Source: Candidatus Bathyarchaeota archaeon (GTDB taxonomy: Archaea > Thermoproteota > Bathyarchaeia > 40CM-2-53-6). Taken from it: a DNA stretch of 29,479 nt. The position numbers were made by a program, and so were the translations under genes. The notes below the pieces were generated by a model. It was given only the letters and a program-made list of their open reading frames with translations, was not told the origin of the DNA and did no database searches. Numbering within the stretch: position 1 is the stretch's first letter; every line of letters starts with the position of its first letter. Shown here piece by piece: positions 25,921 to 29,479 of this stretch. The stretch is taken from NCBI GenBank assembly GCA_005882955.1, contig VBBB01000067.1:1745-31223 (forward strand), given 5' to 3'.

Positions 25921-26795
25921 GGGTCGCAGTCATCGGCTTCGGAATGATGGGACGCCAGATAGCACAAGTCTTCGCACAACACGGCCACGAAGTTTCCGTG
26001 ACCGACGAGAATCCGGCCGCGGTCGAATTAGGACTTGACGAGGTCGCCCACGGACCCTACGGCATAGAATCGGCGGTTGCCAAGGCGAAGATAACCCGAG
26101 AAGAAGGGACCAAGGCTCTCCAACAAATCCGACCAGCTGCCGACTTGAAGGAGGCCTGCAACAGTGCAGACCTTGTCATAGAAGCCGTATACGAACACCT
26201 ACTGCTCAAACAGGAAGTATTCGGAAAGCTAGAATCAGCTGCTCCCCAGAGTGCCCTGCTCGCCTCGAACACGTCCACGCTCACAGTCACCAAGATCGGA
26301 TCAAAACTCTCCAAAAAAAACAGGCTGTTGGGCATGCACTTCTTCAACCCCGCACAAATCACCAAACTCGTCGAGATCGTCAAAACAGACCAGACATCAG
26401 TGGAAGCAATTCAGAAAGCAGGCATGATCGTCGAAACGATCGGAAAGACGCCCATCATGGCCCGGGATGAGCCCGGTTTTATCGCTAACCGATTGGGACT
26501 CACGCTTTTCATGGAGGCGTCCAAGCTTCTCGAGGAAGATACCGCCAAGATTCGCGACATCGACCTAGCAATGAAATTGGGGTACAATCACCCAATGGGA
26601 CCCTTCGAACTCGTGGATTTTGTAGGGCTTGACACAAGACTCCGCAACCTCGAAGCGCTCTTTCAAGCTACTGGTGATGAAAAGTGGATTCCGCCAAAAG
26701 CCCTCAGAGAGATGGTAAATCAAGGATACTTGGGAGATCCCTCACGAAGAAAAGGCAGCAAAGGAGGCTACCGCGAATTCTTCACGACTCGTTGA
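25917..26795 (+). CDS. 3-hydroxyacyl-CoA dehydrogenase (Hbd/PaaH-like)
   Basis: VAVIGFGMMGRQIA, DLVIEAVYE, LASNTS, GMHFFNP, PGFIANR, LGYNHPMGP and DFVGLD. ATGA overlap with the thioesterase stop. Confidence 0.94.
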   Translation: MRVAVIGFGMMGRQIAQVFAQHGHEVSVTDENPAAVELGLDEVAHGPYGIESAVAKAKITREEGTKALQQIRPAADLKEACNSADLVIEAVYEHLLLKQEVFGKLESAAPQSALLASNTSTLTVTKIGSKLSKKNRLLGMHFFNPAQITKLVEIVKTDQTSVEAIQKAGMIVETIGKTPIMARDEPGFIANRLGLTLFMEASKLLEEDTAKIRDIDLAMKLGYNHPMGPFELVDFVGLDTRLRNLEALFQATGDEKWIPPKALREMVNQGYLGDPSRRKGSKGGYREFFTTR

Positions 26796-26845
26796 GAATT
26801 CCCAACGCTTTATACACGCGCTACGATCGGCAAAACTGATCCCTC

Positions 26846-27619
26846 TTGCCGTTCAGCCAGATAGTAGTCGAGACAGAACCGCCCATCGGTATCATTCGTC
26901 TAAACAGACCCAAAGTCCTCAACGCGTTAAACTTCGAACTCCTCAGAGAACTCGTGGAGGCTCTCGAAGCGTTCGACAAGGATGATCGAATAAGAGCAAC
27001 CGTTCTGACCGGGAATGATGATGCCTTCTCAGCCGGGGCGGACATCAAAGAACTATCCGAAGCAACCCCAGTCGACCTCATCCAGCGCAACCAGTTCGCA
27101 CTCTGGGACAGACTGAAGAAAACAGCCAAACCAATCGTAGGAGCCATCAGTGGACACGCCCTAGGTGGAGGATGTGAGCTGGCAATGAACTGTGACATTA
27201 TCATCGCCTCAGAAACGGCAAAGTTCGGACAGCCTGAGATCAATATAGGAATAATGCCCGGAGCCGGCGGGACCCAACGCTTGACAAGAACTATCGGAAA
27301 ATTCCGCGCCATGGAAATGATCCTAACCGGGCAACCCATTACTGCTCGGGAAGCAGAGAAACATGGACTCGTCAACAGGATCGTCCCGATAGAGGCCTAC
27401 TTTGAGGAAGCGAAGAAACTAGCTATGCAGATTGCACAGAAAGCACCTGTCGCAACGCGATTAGCCAAAGAAGCAGTCTTGAAAGCCTTCGACACCTCGC
27501 TACAGGAGGGCCTCCAATTTGAGAGAAGAAACTTCTACCTTCTCTTCTCGACGCAGGACATGAAGGAAGGAATGAAAGCCTTCAGCGAGAAACGACCACC
27601 ACAGTTCAAAGGGCGATGA
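26846..27619 (+). CDS. Enoyl-CoA hydratase (PaaF-like crotonase)
   Basis: LNRPKVLNAL, AFSAGADI, GHALGGGCELA, FGQPEINIGIMPGAGGTQRL (both catalytic Glu present). Own TATA box TTTATA at 26809-14. Confidence 0.92.
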   Translation: MPFSQIVVETEPPIGIIRLNRPKVLNALNFELLRELVEALEAFDKDDRIRATVLTGNDDAFSAGADIKELSEATPVDLIQRNQFALWDRLKKTAKPIVGAISGHALGGGCELAMNCDIIIASETAKFGQPEINIGIMPGAGGTQRLTRTIGKFRAMEMILTGQPITAREAEKHGLVNRIVPIEAYFEEAKKLAMQIAQKAPVATRLAKEAVLKAFDTSLQEGLQFERRNFYLLFSTQDMKEGMKAFSEKRPPQFKGR

Positions 27620-27620
27620 G

Positions 27621-28415
27621 ATGGGCTACGAAACCATACTAGTCGAAAAGAAGGAACAGATAACTAGAATCACCCTGAACCGCCCTGCAGCCCTCAACTC
27701 CTTTGACGACAAGATGGGAGAAGAATTCTACAGGGCGCTAAAAGAGGCGGACAGGGACGAGGGCACTCGTTGTCTCATAATCACCGGGGCAGGTAGAGCC
27801 TTTTCAGCCGGCGAAGACGTCTCAGGTCTGAAAGAGAGGTACGGTGGTGACTCCCGTCCCTCCCTTGGAGATCACCTACGAAAAAAATACCATCCGATGA
27901 TTCTAAGGATCCGAAACATGGAGAAGCCAGTTATAGCACGAATCAACGGCATCGCCGCAGGCAGCGGCGCGAGCATTGCCCTCGCCTGCGATATCCGAAT
28001 AGCCTCCGAGGAGGCGGGCCTCAAGCAAGCCTTCATCGGGGTAGGCTTGGTACCCGATTCTGGAAGTAGCTATTTCCTGACCCGAACCCTTGGCCCGGGC
28101 AGGGCCCTTGAGCTAATCATGACCGGCAGAACAGTCGGAGCCAAGGAAGCTGAGAATCTAGGGCTAGTAAACCAGACAGTCCCAGGCACTGAACTAGACA
28201 ACGTCGTGAACAGCGTTGCAGAGAAGCTTGCGAATGGACCCACAAAGGCCCTCGGACTCTCAAAGAGAGTGGTGAACCAAGTTAGCCGGCTTGAACTACC
28301 CGACGCCCTTGAGTATGAAGCCCAGAACCAGGATATAGCGGGAAAAACCAAAGACCATCTAGAGGCAGTCAGAGCATTCCTTGAGAAGCGTCAGCCCAAG
28401 TTCTCAGGAACATGA
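27621..28415 (+). CDS. PaaG-like enoyl-CoA isomerase / ring-opening crotonase
   Basis: AFSAGED, PSLGDHLRKKYHPMI, NGIAAGSGASIALACD and GLVPDSG. The single catalytic Asp pattern matches PaaG rather than the two-Glu hydratases. Confidence 0.82.
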   Translation: MGYETILVEKKEQITRITLNRPAALNSFDDKMGEEFYRALKEADRDEGTRCLIITGAGRAFSAGEDVSGLKERYGGDSRPSLGDHLRKKYHPMILRIRNMEKPVIARINGIAAGSGASIALACDIRIASEEAGLKQAFIGVGLVPDSGSSYFLTRTLGPGRALELIMTGRTVGAKEAENLGLVNQTVPGTELDNVVNSVAEKLANGPTKALGLSKRVVNQVSRLELPDALEYEAQNQDIAGKTKDHLEAVRAFLEKRQPKFSGT

Positions 28416-28443
28416 GTCAACGAGAGAACCTCAAGATTTCACG

Positions 28444-28451
28444 TTTAAGTA
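28444..28451 (+). promoter_or_regulatory. TATA box TTTAAGTA for the di-iron protein gene
   Basis: Ends 33 nt upstream of the TTG at 28485. Confidence 0.5.
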
Positions 28452-28484
28452 ATATGTTGAGAAGATCACCAAGACGAGCATAAC

Positions 28485-29479
28485 TTGCCCAAGGCCCAGA
28501 AGGACAAGCCCAAAGCGGACCTGAACATTTTCCCCGGAAACTGGACCATCAAGAACGAGATGATGTTCCGCGCATTCGACCTGTCCTTCGCTCAAAACTG
28601 GAATCCTTCAACCCTTCCATGGGACGAACTCGACGGGAAGAACTTCGACCCTAAGGAGCGAATAGCTCAGGCCTACTGGATGTCAAAGCTCGCTCTCTTC
28701 GAGAAATCTGGCATTGGAGCCTTCGGTTTCGGCATAGTAAGAGCAGCAGAATTGAACTTGGAGGATCCAACGAAGAAGATGCTCGCATCAATAACCTATG
28801 ACGAATGCCGTCACGATGAAGTATGCCGCAGAGCCTGCAACAAACTCTGCCCCAACTGGCCTTACGGGTACAAGCCCCAATCAGATTTCGAACAGAAGGC
28901 ATTGAGGAACATACAAACCCTTTACGATGAGGGACGAAGGTACTGGAAGGGATTCGTGGGTGCTTGGGAGTACCTTTCTCCCGAGCTATTGTTTGCCGGC
29001 TTTTTCTTTGCAGAGATCGGAGCCGAGACAATATTCAACTCAATGCGCCAGACGAGCAAACTCGAAGTCTATCGACAATCGTTCCAGAACATAACCAGAG
29101 ACGAGACCCGGCACTTGGTAGCGACGATGGCGCTCTTGCGAGCGATGTCCCAAGAGTTTACGGAGGAACAGAAACTTACCGTTACTCGCCAGATGAAACA
29201 AGGCTTCATCTTTTTGTCTCCACTCCTCTACGAGCACAAGTCCGAATTCTGGCGGCTACCATCTGATTTTGACAAAGTCGACCATGAACTGGAGCAGATT
29301 GCGCGAGACTCGGGGTTAGGATGCTTGACGATGGAGGAGAAGGTAAAGTATTGGAGGCAGGCGATTGAGAAGAAGAGAGGCGAGATAGAAGAAATGGGCA
29401 TCAAGGTCCCCGCGATCCCTGAGATAGAAGTTGAAGGGATAGACGTACAAATCAGGAAAAACGAGACCATAGCAACCAG
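28485..29479 (+). CDS. Ferritin-like di-iron carboxylate protein (3' end outside window; not in ORF track)
   Basis: Open frame of 331+ codons, MPKAQKDKPKADLNIFPGNW... Ligand pattern E73 (FEKSG), E107/H110 (DECRH), E177 (AEIG), E207/H210 (DETRH). Confidence 0.88.
   Translation, partial: MPKAQKDKPKADLNIFPGNWTIKNEMMFRAFDLSFAQNWNPSTLPWDELDGKNFDPKERIAQAYWMSKLALFEKSGIGAFGFGIVRAAELNLEDPTKKMLASITYDECRHDEVCRRACNKLCPNWPYGYKPQSDFEQKALRNIQTLYDEGRRYWKGFVGAWEYLSPELLFAGFFFAEIGAETIFNSMRQTSKLEVYRQSFQNITRDETRHLVATMALLRAMSQEFTEEQKLTVTRQMKQGFIFLSPLLYEHKSEFWRLPSDFDKVDHELEQIARDSGLGCLTMEEKVKYWRQAIEKKRGEIEEMGIKVPAIPEIEVEGIDVQIRKNETIAT

Noticed and set aside
28485-29479. Calling the di-iron protein PaaA/PaaC, BoxB or ribonucleotide reductase R2
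   Set aside because: Only the generic di-iron ligand pattern is recognisable. I could not identify family-specific motifs, so no symbol was assigned.

Overview
Archaeal chromosomal window. A TACK-superphylum origin, probably Bathyarchaeia, is my inference from gene content and BHB-type tRNA introns. From left to right it holds: glyA (runs off the left edge, not in the ORF track), a stand-alone rps11, a frameshifted PolB with intact polymerase motifs but substituted proofreading motifs, dnaG, archaeal GAPDH, a KaiC/RAD55-like ATPase with a long disordered N-terminus, an HTH-CBS regulator divergent from a split metE(N)-metE(C)-metF operon with three tandem palindromic operators between them, a small accessory patch (Zn-ribbon microprotein, broken pilin-like gene, LLM oxidoreductase), pheS-pheT-trpS, map, a DUF1512 gene pair, an 8-bladed beta-propeller surface protein, a tRNA-Trp(CCA) with three introns (one carrying box C/D guide elements), and an acyl-CoA cluster (thioesterase, PaaH-, PaaF- and PaaG-like genes) followed by an unannotated ferritin-like di-iron protein running off the right edge. 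Five genes show small internal deletions or frameshifts, most likely assembly artefacts. Several genes appear to start at CTG or ACG. No CRISPR array, rRNA or transposase was seen. No database searches were run.
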